Of a DNA stretch of 61,664 nucleotides, positions 47,790-57,591 are shown one piece after another. The notes beneath the pieces were generated by a model. That model made no database searches. It worked only from the letters and a program-made list of their open reading frames with translations, and had not been told where the DNA came from. Made by a program: the position numbers and the translations under genes. This stretch comes from a virus (Duplodnaviria > Caudoviricetes): positions 1 to 61,664 of IMG/VR virus record IMGVR_UViG_3300046488_000260; one strand, 5' to 3'. Each line of letters starts with the position of its first letter. Position 1 is the first letter of the stretch.

Positions 47790-50740
47790 TGCCAATCACC
47801 AACTTCCAGTCCGTCATCTCGACCCAGACCCTCGGCACCGCCGACGTCGATAAGCTCGCTGCGTCGTTCGACAAGATGAGCGGGGCGATTGACGAGGCGA
47901 CCAAGAAGGCGAACAAGGTTAACGATCACCCTGGGTTCGCGGCGTTTGCGGAGAAGGTCAAGCAGGGCATCGAGAACCCACTGCAGGCCATCGGTGGTGC
48001 TGCGGAAGAAGGGCTGAAGGCGTTCGGGCCGTTCGGCGCCGGCGTGGCGGCAAGCGCCGGCATCTTCGTGGCGGCTGGCGCGGCGGCGTTCGAAGCGGCT
48101 AAGGCGCTGGGCGAGTACGGCGTCCAGATCCGCGACGTGGAGCTGCGCACGGGCCTGGCGGCAAAGGAAGTCGCGCAGTACAGTTTCGCCGCAAAAGCAG
48201 TAGGCCAGGAGGTGACCATCCTGGACCGAATGATGCGCGGCCTGACTGTGGCGGTAGAAGACAACACGGAGAAGGGCGCCAAGGCGCGCGGCTGGCTCCG
48301 ACAGTGGGGCGTCGACATCGCGGGTTTGAAGGACGGCACCGCGTCCACGTCCGAGGCTCTTTCGAAGGTGGGCGAGGGACTGGAGAAGCTGCCTGCAGGA
48401 ATTGTTCGCACCTCCGCCGCCATCGACATCTTCAAACGCGCAGGCATCGAGGCCATTCCGTTCCTGGTGGAACTGAACCAGAACCTCGCACTCTTCGACA
48501 AGAGCGGGATCCGGGCGCCCTCCGAATCGGACGTCGCGGCGTACAACGACCTGCTGAAGGAAGTTACCGCGCTGGAGACAAAGTGGGCGGCAATCAAACG
48601 GGACTTCCAAATGGGGCTCGTGATGGAGGTCAAGGTCGTCGGGGAGACCTTCGAGTGGTTGTACACTCACTTGGGCGGTCCTGCCGCGGCACCCAGCGAC
48701 GCCCAGGCCAGCAGCCAGAATCGCCTGTTCGGTGATATCGACAACGCCAACCGTGCGAAGGGCAGGTGGGGAAACGTCCCGCTGACCGGCGTTGCGGATC
48801 TGAACCGCAAGCGAATGGAATCGCTGGAGGATCTGAACCCAGCGGTCGCGTGGACCGGCCCCATGAACTTGCGCGATGCTGCGCGGCTCACCCAGGCGAA
48901 GCAGTACCAGGATCAGATCGACAAGATTCACCAGGCTGAGGTCGCGCAGAAAGAGAAGGCTGCGGCCGATGCGAAGCGGGCGGACGCCGAACTGGATGCG
49001 GCGATTCACGGGCACGTGCGCGCGCTCAACGACGCACTGAAACTCGGGCGCGAGGCGGACAAGTACGCCCTTGGCCTGGGCAAGACCACCCAGGAAGGAT
49101 TTGCCTCCGCCTACTTTGGCGACCTGGGGCCGGCTGGCAAACTCTACGCCGCATACGGAAAACTCAACGCGGACGAAGCAGACCAGCGCACGAAGTACGG
49201 GGGCACGGCTGCGTGGAGCAAGATCGCCAAGGACTTCGACGATCAGCGGGCATCAGCGTTCATCAAGTACGTCACCGAGTCGGCGGACGCCCTCAAGAAA
49301 CTGACCAAGACGCTCGACGACTTTGACCTCGAGCACAACTCGCCGGAACGGGAGCGGGAAAATCGCAAGAAGCTTGTTGAGAAAAACACGGAGGCGTTGC
49401 GCGAACTCGGGCTGGCGGACGATCACGGCAACCTGACTCTGGGCCGGCTGTCTGGCCCAGCCGGCACGTCGCCAGAGCAGGCACTCCGCGATGCGCGGGA
49501 CAACGAACGGCGGGGGTTGGCGCTCTACGGTGTGAGCGCGTCGCTCTCCGGAGTCTCCGATGTAGGCCAGATCACCGGCATGGAGACGCTGCGGAAGCAA
49601 TACGCCGACAAGGAGTACGACGCGCTGAAGCGCATGGCGGACCTCAAGAACGATGAGCAGATGAAGCAGGACGCCATTGACCAGCAACACCAGAAGTATC
49701 TGGACGCGGAAATCGAACGCCAGCAGGCGTTGCTGCAGTTGGCCCTCCGCCAGAAGGAAGAGTTCCAGAACCTCGCCACAGGGCTGTTTGAGTCGATCCT
49801 GCATGGCGGCGCCTCCGGCTTCTTGAAGCAGCAGGGCACCGGCATCCTGGACAAGCTCGTGGGAAACGCAGCAGGCATGGCATGGGGCGATGTTTCGAAA
49901 GTGATTCCCCACGCCTCCGGCACCATGGGAAAGCTGCTGCAGGGAACCATGTTTGGGCCGGACCCTTTGAAGGCGGCAACGGATCTCAACACGCAGGCGA
50001 CCATCGAGAACACCATCGCGCTGCGCGCCCGGGCTATGTCCCCGTCCGGTGGCGGCGGATCGGCGGGCGGGTTCTCTTCGGCGGCCAGCACATGGGCGCG
50101 GCTTTCCGGGGGTGGCACCGACGTGCCCGGTTACGACCCTTCGAATCCGGACGCGATCACGCCGGAGGGCGCTGCATGGGGAGAGGATTGGTGGGCGGCG
50201 CACCCAGGCGGTGGCATGTCCGGCCTGGCCAAAGGCGCAGGCGTTGGCGCGGCGGCACTCGCGGGCGGCTTCGGGATCTACTCAGGCGTAAAGGCCGGCG
50301 GCGCGCAGGGCGCACTGACCGCAGCCGGGAGTGCGGCCGGAATGGCGGGCGGGATCGTCTCCATGCTGGTGCCGAAGTTGGCGTCGGCGCTCGGGCCCAT
50401 CGGCATGGCGCTCGGCATGGGCCTGGGTCTGGTGAGCACGCTGCTCGGGGACCCGAAACAGAAGCGTGCCGACGATCTGTCCACCCAGGCGCAGGCGCGC
50501 GCATTCACCATGCCCAGCGGCGCCGACTATGACATGGCATCCAGTGGCCAGTACGACGACTACAACTATCGCGGCCAGGTTCGTGCGACGGTCGTCAACA
50601 ACGTTTACGCGATGGACGCCGTCACCTTCCGCGACTTCCTCATCGCCAACCCCGACGCTCTGAGTGCCGGGATCACCTCGGCCATCGCCGGCGGGAACGC
50701 AGACGATGTGGTTGGCTCGCTGGCTGCCAGGTCGAACTGA
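47789..50740 (+). CDS. Tail tape measure protein
   Basis: ~980 aa, Ala/Gly-rich and helical with hydrophobic Gly-rich segments; canonical position. Confidence 0.9.
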   Translation: MPITNFQSVISTQTLGTADVDKLAASFDKMSGAIDEATKKANKVNDHPGFAAFAEKVKQGIENPLQAIGGAAEEGLKAFGPFGAGVAASAGIFVAAGAAAFEAAKALGEYGVQIRDVELRTGLAAKEVAQYSFAAKAVGQEVTILDRMMRGLTVAVEDNTEKGAKARGWLRQWGVDIAGLKDGTASTSEALSKVGEGLEKLPAGIVRTSAAIDIFKRAGIEAIPFLVELNQNLALFDKSGIRAPSESDVAAYNDLLKEVTALETKWAAIKRDFQMGLVMEVKVVGETFEWLYTHLGGPAAAPSDAQASSQNRLFGDIDNANRAKGRWGNVPLTGVADLNRKRMESLEDLNPAVAWTGPMNLRDAARLTQAKQYQDQIDKIHQAEVAQKEKAAADAKRADAELDAAIHGHVRALNDALKLGREADKYALGLGKTTQEGFASAYFGDLGPAGKLYAAYGKLNADEADQRTKYGGTAAWSKIAKDFDDQRASAFIKYVTESADALKKLTKTLDDFDLEHNSPERERENRKKLVEKNTEALRELGLADDHGNLTLGRLSGPAGTSPEQALRDARDNERRGLALYGVSASLSGVSDVGQITGMETLRKQYADKEYDALKRMADLKNDEQMKQDAIDQQHQKYLDAEIERQQALLQLALRQKEEFQNLATGLFESILHGGASGFLKQQGTGILDKLVGNAAGMAWGDVSKVIPHASGTMGKLLQGTMFGPDPLKAATDLNTQATIENTIALRARAMSPSGGGGSAGGFSSAASTWARLSGGGTDVPGYDPSNPDAITPEGAAWGEDWWAAHPGGGMSGLAKGAGVGAAALAGGFGIYSGVKAGGAQGALTAAGSAAGMAGGIVSMLVPKLASALGPIGMALGMGLGLVSTLLGDPKQKRADDLSTQAQARAFTMPSGADYDMASSGQYDDYNYRGQVRATVVNNVYAMDAVTFRDFLIANPDALSAGITSAIAGGNADDVVGSLAARSN

Positions 50741-51459
50741 TGTCCGTCTACCCGACATCCAATCCGGCATGGTCGGCGCCGGTGGTGCGCTCGCTGAAGT
50801 TCCAGACGGGCGTCGGGCAAGGCGTGAACGGGACGGAGCAGCGGTGGATGTTGAGCACCGGTGTGGAGTCGTGGAGCTTGCCGTATCCCCACCTTTCCGT
50901 TGCTCAGCGGGACACGTTGCTCTCGCTGTTCGAGTCCAGCAGGGGCGCATACGACCAGACCATCAGCCTCACCTTCGCCGGCACGGTGTACGCCGGCCTG
51001 TTTTTCGACGGCGACTCGCTCGAGTTCACGGAGACGGATGCGAACGTGGTTGCCGGGACAGTGAAACTCTCGACGGCGGTGCGCGCCGCGGACACCGGCG
51101 CACTCCCGGCTGACTTCCCTGTGCTGGGCACTGGCGCCAGGATGCAGCGGCCTTACACACACGGGAAGACGTTCGATACGTCGGCGGTGCGGACGGAGGG
51201 CGGCAGATATGCGTATCCGCGGCGGGCAGCTTCGTTGCGGACGTGGACCGCCGGCGGCGGCGCGCTTACGGACGCGGAGGCGGCGGCCATCTGGAGCATG
51301 TTCAAGTTGGCGTGCGGCCAGTGGCGGTCCTTCGGTTTCACCGATCCGGATAGCAGCACCCGGTATGCAAGCTGCCGGTTCGCCGCCGATTCAATCGACT
51401 GGCGCATTCTTGGGCCGAACCAGAACGCGGTTGTGGTGACGATCCAGCAGTTGGCGTGA
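50740..51459 (+). CDS. Distal tail protein (tandem DUF2460-like halves)
   Basis: NGTEQRW...W.L.Y..L...LFE...G and W......LTDAE..AI..MF....GQW.SFGFTDP. Confidence 0.65.
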   Translation: MSVYPTSNPAWSAPVVRSLKFQTGVGQGVNGTEQRWMLSTGVESWSLPYPHLSVAQRDTLLSLFESSRGAYDQTISLTFAGTVYAGLFFDGDSLEFTETDANVVAGTVKLSTAVRAADTGALPADFPVLGTGARMQRPYTHGKTFDTSAVRTEGGRYAYPRRAASLRTWTAGGGALTDAEAAAIWSMFKLACGQWRSFGFTDPDSSTRYASCRFAADSIDWRILGPNQNAVVVTIQQLA

Positions 51460-54260
51460 ACATGGCGATTTCCGATATCAACACGGGCAAGGAACTGGCG
51501 GCTGCATACCGGCCTGTCGTCTTTGTAGACTTCGTTTTTCCGGACGGCGCCAGCCTCTTCGTTGCCTCTATCGCTGCCACCTTCAACGGCCACACCTACG
51601 ACGCGCGGATCGACGACCAGCAGATCGACAGGATTGCGTCCCTCAGCGAACAGGGCATCGACCGGGTTCCATCAGTAACCATCGTCATGGCGGACCCCTC
51701 GGGCAGCCTGTTCGCCACATACGAACGCGGCCACGGCTTCAAGGGCGCCTCCATGACGCTCAGGTTCGCGCTCTACGATCCGCCCTCCGGCAATTTCACT
51801 TCGGACAACTTCGTTCCGTTCGTGGGCGTCTGTGACCAGCCCTCAATCGACGAGAAGAACCTGACAGTGTCCGCGCAGAGCAAACTGAACCTCTCGCAGT
51901 TCATGCTGCCGACCGCGCCTATCCAGGTTCGCTGCATCTGGGTCAACCCGACCACGACCGCGCAGCGCGCGACGGCGGACAACGCCTCGTCCCTCTACTA
52001 CCCGTGCGGTGAGACGCGCGACGTCGCCACGGCGCCCCCCTGCGCGTACACCAAGCAGACCTGCACCCGCCCCAACCGATACAGTGGATCCACCTTCGCG
52101 CCCGGCCAAACGGACACCGGTGAGAACTACATCTCGGGCAAATGGGATTCCTGGCGCAACGCGGACACGAGCGGAAAGTACAAGGAGTTCTGGCCGGTCT
52201 GGTTGGGCGGCAAGGCATGGGTGCAGTGCGTCCCGCTGAACCAGTTTGGCGACGGCAACTACACCCGTGGCGAGGTGGCGGTCGGCATCGGTGAGGTGGC
52301 GGTGTCGCGCGTCATTGCCAACGGCATCGAACTCTCGCAGGGCGGCAAGGACTACTTCTGGGGCTACACCAACCTGGGATATCGCGACGGCACGCCCAAC
52401 GCGGATGCCGGCTACAACGGTCAGGGCGACCCCTATGGCGGCTTGACGGTGATCGAGTACCGGGCTCCGAAGACGATCATTTCGCCGGAGTCCCCCGCCA
52501 CCGTCATGGTCTTAGGCGAGAAGGCGGTGGCCGGACACATGACCGCGCAGTCGTCCATTGCCATCACGTCGGCCCAGGCTGGCATCGACGGCAACCCCAG
52601 CCCCATCGTGATTCACTTCGGTCGGGGACTGGCGGGCCTCGCGGACCCGGGCGACCAGTCGGCCATTACCATCACGGGCTGCTCGTGGGCGGCGGCCAAC
52701 GGGTCTTGGACCATGGAATTGCTCGAACTGCCGTACGACCACGCCACACTGCGCGGTTCGATGGCGTACGGCTCCGGCGGCGCGTGCACCGCGTACTACA
52801 ACCAGTCCACGCAGAGCGGGGGCGGCCCGACGCCCGGCATCATCCAGGAGACGCTGCGCCAGTGCGGGATAGGCGCCGCGGAGATCAGCGCCCCCATGAC
52901 CGCGGTGGCGAACGCGATTTGTAACGCCAATATCACCACCACGGACGGGGGTGGCAACGCATACACGCAGCCTCGGTTTTCGAGCGCGGTGGCGGTACGC
53001 CAACGCCGGTCGGCTGCCGATATCGTGCGCGGCCTGCGCCAGTCCATCGGCGCGCTGCTGACGGTTGATCAGTCGGGCCTGATCGGGATGCGTGTCGAAG
53101 GTCCACTCGCGGAACAGCAGGGCGCGGGCCCTGTTGATGGCAGTAATGTCGCGATACCCATCAGGAGCACTCTGCGCGACGGCAGCACCGCCAACGGCTA
53201 CACCGCGTACCGCTTCGACGACTCCAACTGCTGGAACCTGAAACGGGGCCCGCAGCAGTCGGCACAGATGCCAAACCGGGTCAACTTCTCCTTCCAGGAC
53301 CCCGTCCAGCAGTACGCAGTCTCGTCCTTCTCGCTGGTGGATTCTGACGATGTAGCGCGCGTGGGGCGGGAGATTCCTGGTGGCCTGCAGGTCAACCCGG
53401 AAGGCATCGCCAGCTATAACCACGCGCTGCGCTGCGGGCGCCTGGGCCTGAACAAGATCCACCGGGGCAACCCGTCCGGCGACACCCGGGGAACCGACTG
53501 GTGGGAGTGGACGACGTCGTTCCGCGCCTGCAAACTGCGCATCGGGGACATCGTCACACTGAACAGCACCGTCTACAACCTGACGGAGCAGATGGTTCGG
53601 CTCACCGAGATCAAGCCCTCAAAGAACTTCGAAACGGTCGCGCTGAAGGGCCACTACCACGACGACACCTGGTACCTGGACTCGCATGGCAACGCGGCAG
53701 ACCCCGCGCGCGGCGCCGCGCCTTGGGCCGGTCTGGGCGCCTGCGTTCCGCCATCGTTCGCTGTTGAGGTTTCCGCGCTCGATCCGACCGTGGCCGAAGT
53801 GACCGGCCTGGCGTTCACCAATCCGCTCAATACTTACTCGATTCAGTCGGGAACCTTTACGTTCTGCTACGTCATCGAGTCGGAGATTCTCTCGACGCTG
53901 GCTGCGGCCATCACTGATCCGGCCGCAACGAGCATCAGCCTGGTGGACGCATCGCAAGTCTCTGCCGGCGACCACCTCCAGATCGGGCGCGAGGTGGTGC
54001 TGTGTGGCACCCCAGCCGGCGGCACGGTGCCGGTGACGCGCGGCCAGTTGGCCACCACTCCCGCTACCGCTCTCAACAATGCGTCGATCTGGAAGGTCCA
54101 GCAGAAGGCCACAACGGTGAGCTTCCCATTGGACTTTGTGAACTCCGCAGCGATTGCGGACTGGGCATTGATGCAGCCGTTGCCGGGTCGGTCACGAACG
54201 CCTATGGATCGTCGGAGGTGTCCTGGGCCGCGCTCGCCAACAACAGCGACCAAGGAATGA
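51456..54260 (+). CDS. Tail tip/hub protein (gpL/gpJ-like, Phage-tail_3-like domain); C-terminus possibly frameshifted
   Basis: N-terminal FNGHTY...Cys cluster; PNRVNFSFQDP...LRIGDIVTL. Confidence 0.75.
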   Translation: MNMAISDINTGKELAAAYRPVVFVDFVFPDGASLFVASIAATFNGHTYDARIDDQQIDRIASLSEQGIDRVPSVTIVMADPSGSLFATYERGHGFKGASMTLRFALYDPPSGNFTSDNFVPFVGVCDQPSIDEKNLTVSAQSKLNLSQFMLPTAPIQVRCIWVNPTTTAQRATADNASSLYYPCGETRDVATAPPCAYTKQTCTRPNRYSGSTFAPGQTDTGENYISGKWDSWRNADTSGKYKEFWPVWLGGKAWVQCVPLNQFGDGNYTRGEVAVGIGEVAVSRVIANGIELSQGGKDYFWGYTNLGYRDGTPNADAGYNGQGDPYGGLTVIEYRAPKTIISPESPATVMVLGEKAVAGHMTAQSSIAITSAQAGIDGNPSPIVIHFGRGLAGLADPGDQSAITITGCSWAAANGSWTMELLELPYDHATLRGSMAYGSGGACTAYYNQSTQSGGGPTPGIIQETLRQCGIGAAEISAPMTAVANAICNANITTTDGGGNAYTQPRFSSAVAVRQRRSAADIVRGLRQSIGALLTVDQSGLIGMRVEGPLAEQQGAGPVDGSNVAIPIRSTLRDGSTANGYTAYRFDDSNCWNLKRGPQQSAQMPNRVNFSFQDPVQQYAVSSFSLVDSDDVARVGREIPGGLQVNPEGIASYNHALRCGRLGLNKIHRGNPSGDTRGTDWWEWTTSFRACKLRIGDIVTLNSTVYNLTEQMVRLTEIKPSKNFETVALKGHYHDDTWYLDSHGNAADPARGAAPWAGLGACVPPSFAVEVSALDPTVAEVTGLAFTNPLNTYSIQSGTFTFCYVIESEILSTLAAAITDPAATSISLVDASQVSAGDHLQIGREVVLCGTPAGGTVPVTRGQLATTPATALNNASIWKVQQKATTVSFPLDFVNSAAIADWALMQPLPGRSRTPMDRRRCPGPRSPTTATKE

Positions 54261-54562
54261 AACTGTACGCCCCCCCCGGCGCCGGGACCACCATGGAGGT
54301 GATCAACCCCACCGCGAACACGGATTATTCGATTCTGGCGGGCGACACGACGGTCAACGTGGTGGCGACGACACGCGTGGTCACGATCACGCTGCCGCCG
54401 GAAGCTCCCAACCGGGGCGGCATCGTTGTGGTCAACCGGGCGGTGGGCAGCACGTTCGATGTGCGCGTCGTCCCGGCATCGCTGGACGACATTGACGGGT
54501 CCCCGACTGCGGTGGAGATCCTGACGGCGACCAGCCCGACCTGGGCGGGGGTGGCTGCGTAG
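54190..54562 (+). CDS. C-terminal continuation of the tail tip protein, or a separate small gene from ATG 54257
   Basis: Open frame VTNAYGSS...TITLPPEA...IDG with fibre-like composition. Confidence 0.55.
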
Positions 54563-57189
54563 TGGGCAACTGGATCACCATCTCGACAGCCGGCGCGCCT
54601 GGCGGCACGGTCGGCGTCACCCTGCCATACACCATCGATTCGGCGGTGGGCTACTACGACGTCGACGCCGGCGTGCTCACGGTCGAAGTTTCGGTGACGC
54701 CGGGCGCAGGAACCAACGACGCCAAGGGCGGCCACGTCTATCTCGAGGTGCCGGACGCGTCGGCGTCGGCGGGTGGCGTCGCGTCCTACAGCCTTGCAGC
54801 ATCGGCGCTGGGGCACACAGGGACACGCCCGCTGCGCGGTGCGTGGAAGCCGATCGATGCCGGCGTCTACACCTACGAGGCGGACCAGCAGCCGTGGATT
54901 GTCAAGATTTCGGTCAAAACCGCCACCCTGCATTCCGGAGGGAGTGCGACGAACGTGCGGGTCTACGTGTCGGCTTTCTCCCTGACGCAGAACTTGCCGT
55001 TGGTGCGCGTGGGTGAAACCGGTGAAACGCCCAGCGCGGTCTGCACCGTGATTCCCGGCGTCGCCAAGCCGGGTGCCGGCAACGCCAACGCGCCGAACGT
55101 GGGTTCCGTTGTCGCTACCGTCCTGGCGAACGACAACCACACCGGGAAGCTTCTAACCCCAATCGCCGTAGTTGTGTCGGGGCTTCCGGATCCACTTCCT
55201 CCTGGGTGGGGATACGAGGTCTGTCTGACGTGGGACGAGAACGTGCCGGACTACACGGATCCGAATCTCGGGCAGGTGGCGACGGGCATCTTCAGCAACG
55301 CCGGCCTGGTGCCCGCAGGGCCGGACGGCGTGGAGGTTGGGCACACGCTGGCGCTCGATACGCCGACGACGGTCAAGCCGGGGGCGGTGTGGATTCGGGC
55401 GCTCATCAAGGATGCGCAAGGAAACATTCGCCGCAACGCGCTAGTCCCTGGAGTGACGCCGTGCGCGCCGATTGTCGTAGGCATCACGGACAACTCCGGC
55501 ACGATGGACCCGCGCCAGTTCAAGAACCAAGGCAGCGAGTTCCATTGGGACGCGGCGCGCGGCAAGTGGGCTCTCAACGCGAGTAACGAGTTCAAGGTGG
55601 ACCCCGATACCGGCAAGTGGGTCATGGACAAGATCGACCTGCTGAAGGCGATCAACGCCAGCGCCGAGTTCCATGTGGACCCCGACACGGGCAAGTGGTC
55701 CGTCAACAAGGTCGCGCTGTTCACGCCGACGATGGGCGGCGAGTTCAACGTCGATGGCACGACGGGGGCCATCTCTATTAAGACCGTAGACATGAGCAAG
55801 GCGTCCAATCTGAGCACCCAGTTCACCAAAGTCGGCAGCACGCAGACGATCACCAGCCTCGCGGCGGATCTCCTGCTGACCGGACGACTCCAGGTTGGCG
55901 GCGGCAAGGTGTCGCTGGCAAAGTTCTTCGATACGCAGTCCACGCCTGGTTTGATCGGGTTTGTCGGTGACGACACAACAACAGCCAGCAACCCGAACGG
56001 CACGGGCTACGTGGGGGCCTGGTGGAAGCGTATGGGCATCGGCGGGTCCGGTCCCACGACACCGAATTTCTTTGCAGACAGCAACGGCTATGTCATCTGC
56101 AAGAGCGTCCAGATTGCGGACGCCAGCGGCACGGCGGGCTACATCAACGACAGTGGATCCTGGTTCAAGCGCGTCGGGATCGGCGGGACGTCGGGCAGTC
56201 CGAATTTCTTTGCCGACAGCAACGGCTACGTGGCATTGGCGAGCGTCTACATTGGAGACACGGGCGGCAGCTATGGTGTCATCAGCGCGACGGGCTCCTG
56301 GTTTAAGAGCCTTGCGGTGGGCGGAACGAGCTGGAGCAGCCCGAAGCTGCGCGCCGACTCAACCGGGAAGCTGGACATCCTCGACGCGACATTCAGCTTG
56401 CAGCGTTCCGAAACCGGAGGCGAGAGCTACCTTGTGCAGATCAGGGACGCCTGGACGATTCCTGGCCTGTCCAGCGTATCGTTCACCGGCCTTCAGATTG
56501 CCCGCGTGTCCAACACGAACCACAAGGCCATGCTCATCAACAGGGGATTGCTCTGCCTGAACCCCGACAACAAGGTGGTCGCTGCGTTCACCAGTTATAA
56601 CAACGAACCCTCAGGCGGCAACGGTGGCTCGTTCTACGGAAGCTGCTGGTTGGCGAATGCCAGCGGGAATCAGACCATCATCTTAGACGGCGGTTTATCT
56701 GGCTACGGGAAGTTGAGCGTGGGCGACAGCAGCGGCAACGCGACGGTGTTGCTCGACGGCTCGACTGGTTCCGTCTACCTGACTTCCGGGTCCGGATCGG
56801 TGGGCTTTTATGTCAACGGAACAAAGCTCACGACTGGTGGCGGAGTCGCTGTCTGCTACTCGTTTTCCACTCCCACGCTGGCGGCAAGTATAGGCGTCAA
56901 CAATCTCACGTATGCGGGCGGAACGCCGCCAGCGGGCCTGTACCGCGTCAACATGGCGCTGACCACCGCCGGCACGGGTACGGGAAACGCGACCCTGATC
57001 GTGAATTGGAATGACGGCGCCGGTGCGAAGACGGGCAATATCATTTGCCTCTTCGCTCAGATTGGCGGAACGCCATCCGTGTTTAATTCGCTCCTGCTTT
57101 ACACCAGCGGCGGGACGATGACGTGGCAGGTGAACTATACGTCCACGGGGTCGTATGGCGTGGCGATCACAATGGAAAAACAAAGTTAG
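54562..57189 (+). CDS. Tail fibre / receptor-binding protein with internal repeats
   Basis: EFxxDxxxGKW repeats and G.W.KR.GIGG...PNFFADSNGYV repeats; Gly/Ser/Thr-rich. Confidence 0.75.
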   Translation: MGNWITISTAGAPGGTVGVTLPYTIDSAVGYYDVDAGVLTVEVSVTPGAGTNDAKGGHVYLEVPDASASAGGVASYSLAASALGHTGTRPLRGAWKPIDAGVYTYEADQQPWIVKISVKTATLHSGGSATNVRVYVSAFSLTQNLPLVRVGETGETPSAVCTVIPGVAKPGAGNANAPNVGSVVATVLANDNHTGKLLTPIAVVVSGLPDPLPPGWGYEVCLTWDENVPDYTDPNLGQVATGIFSNAGLVPAGPDGVEVGHTLALDTPTTVKPGAVWIRALIKDAQGNIRRNALVPGVTPCAPIVVGITDNSGTMDPRQFKNQGSEFHWDAARGKWALNASNEFKVDPDTGKWVMDKIDLLKAINASAEFHVDPDTGKWSVNKVALFTPTMGGEFNVDGTTGAISIKTVDMSKASNLSTQFTKVGSTQTITSLAADLLLTGRLQVGGGKVSLAKFFDTQSTPGLIGFVGDDTTTASNPNGTGYVGAWWKRMGIGGSGPTTPNFFADSNGYVICKSVQIADASGTAGYINDSGSWFKRVGIGGTSGSPNFFADSNGYVALASVYIGDTGGSYGVISATGSWFKSLAVGGTSWSSPKLRADSTGKLDILDATFSLQRSETGGESYLVQIRDAWTIPGLSSVSFTGLQIARVSNTNHKAMLINRGLLCLNPDNKVVAAFTSYNNEPSGGNGGSFYGSCWLANASGNQTIILDGGLSGYGKLSVGDSSGNATVLLDGSTGSVYLTSGSGSVGFYVNGTKLTTGGGVAVCYSFSTPTLAASIGVNNLTYAGGTPPAGLYRVNMALTTAGTGTGNATLIVNWNDGAGAKTGNIICLFAQIGGTPSVFNSLLLYTSGGTMTWQVNYTSTGSYGVAITMEKQS

Positions 57190-57198
57190 GGAGGCCCA

Positions 57199-57582
57199 AT
57201 GAAGCAACCACAACGAACGGAAACACCACAAACACCTGCGCCGCTAGTCAACGGCGCACCAACACCAGGAGTGGCACCAGCGCCAGCAAATCCGGCCGAA
57301 GCGATGCCGGACAAGACGACGATGATCCACGTAAGCAAGCGCACCGCGAACGCGCTCCGTATGGGGATCGAGCAGGCGAATGCGGCGGCAGCGGCAGTGC
57401 GCGTCGCGGAGGAGCGGCTTCAGCAATCGCGGCAGGCGCTCCAGTCCATTGCCGGAACCAACCAGGGCTATTTCCTTGCGTTGATCGAAGACGCGGGAAA
57501 GAAGCCCGAGGATTTCGCCAACTTCGGGATTTGGGAGCAGGACGGCGAGTTCTACATTCGCGCGACACCGCAGGGTCAGTAG
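57199..57582 (+). CDS. Hypothetical coiled-coil protein (possible fibre chaperone)
   Basis: GGGAGG RBS; helical segment after a Pro-rich N-terminus. Confidence 0.6.
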   Translation: MKQPQRTETPQTPAPLVNGAPTPGVAPAPANPAEAMPDKTTMIHVSKRTANALRMGIEQANAAAAAVRVAEERLQQSRQALQSIAGTNQGYFLALIEDAGKKPEDFANFGIWEQDGEFYIRATPQGQ

Positions 57583-57591
57583 GAGGCAGTT

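Noticed and set aside
54270-54277. C8 tract as a phase-variation switch
   Set aside because: In frame (YAPPG) and downstream of the apparent frame break, so it does not explain it
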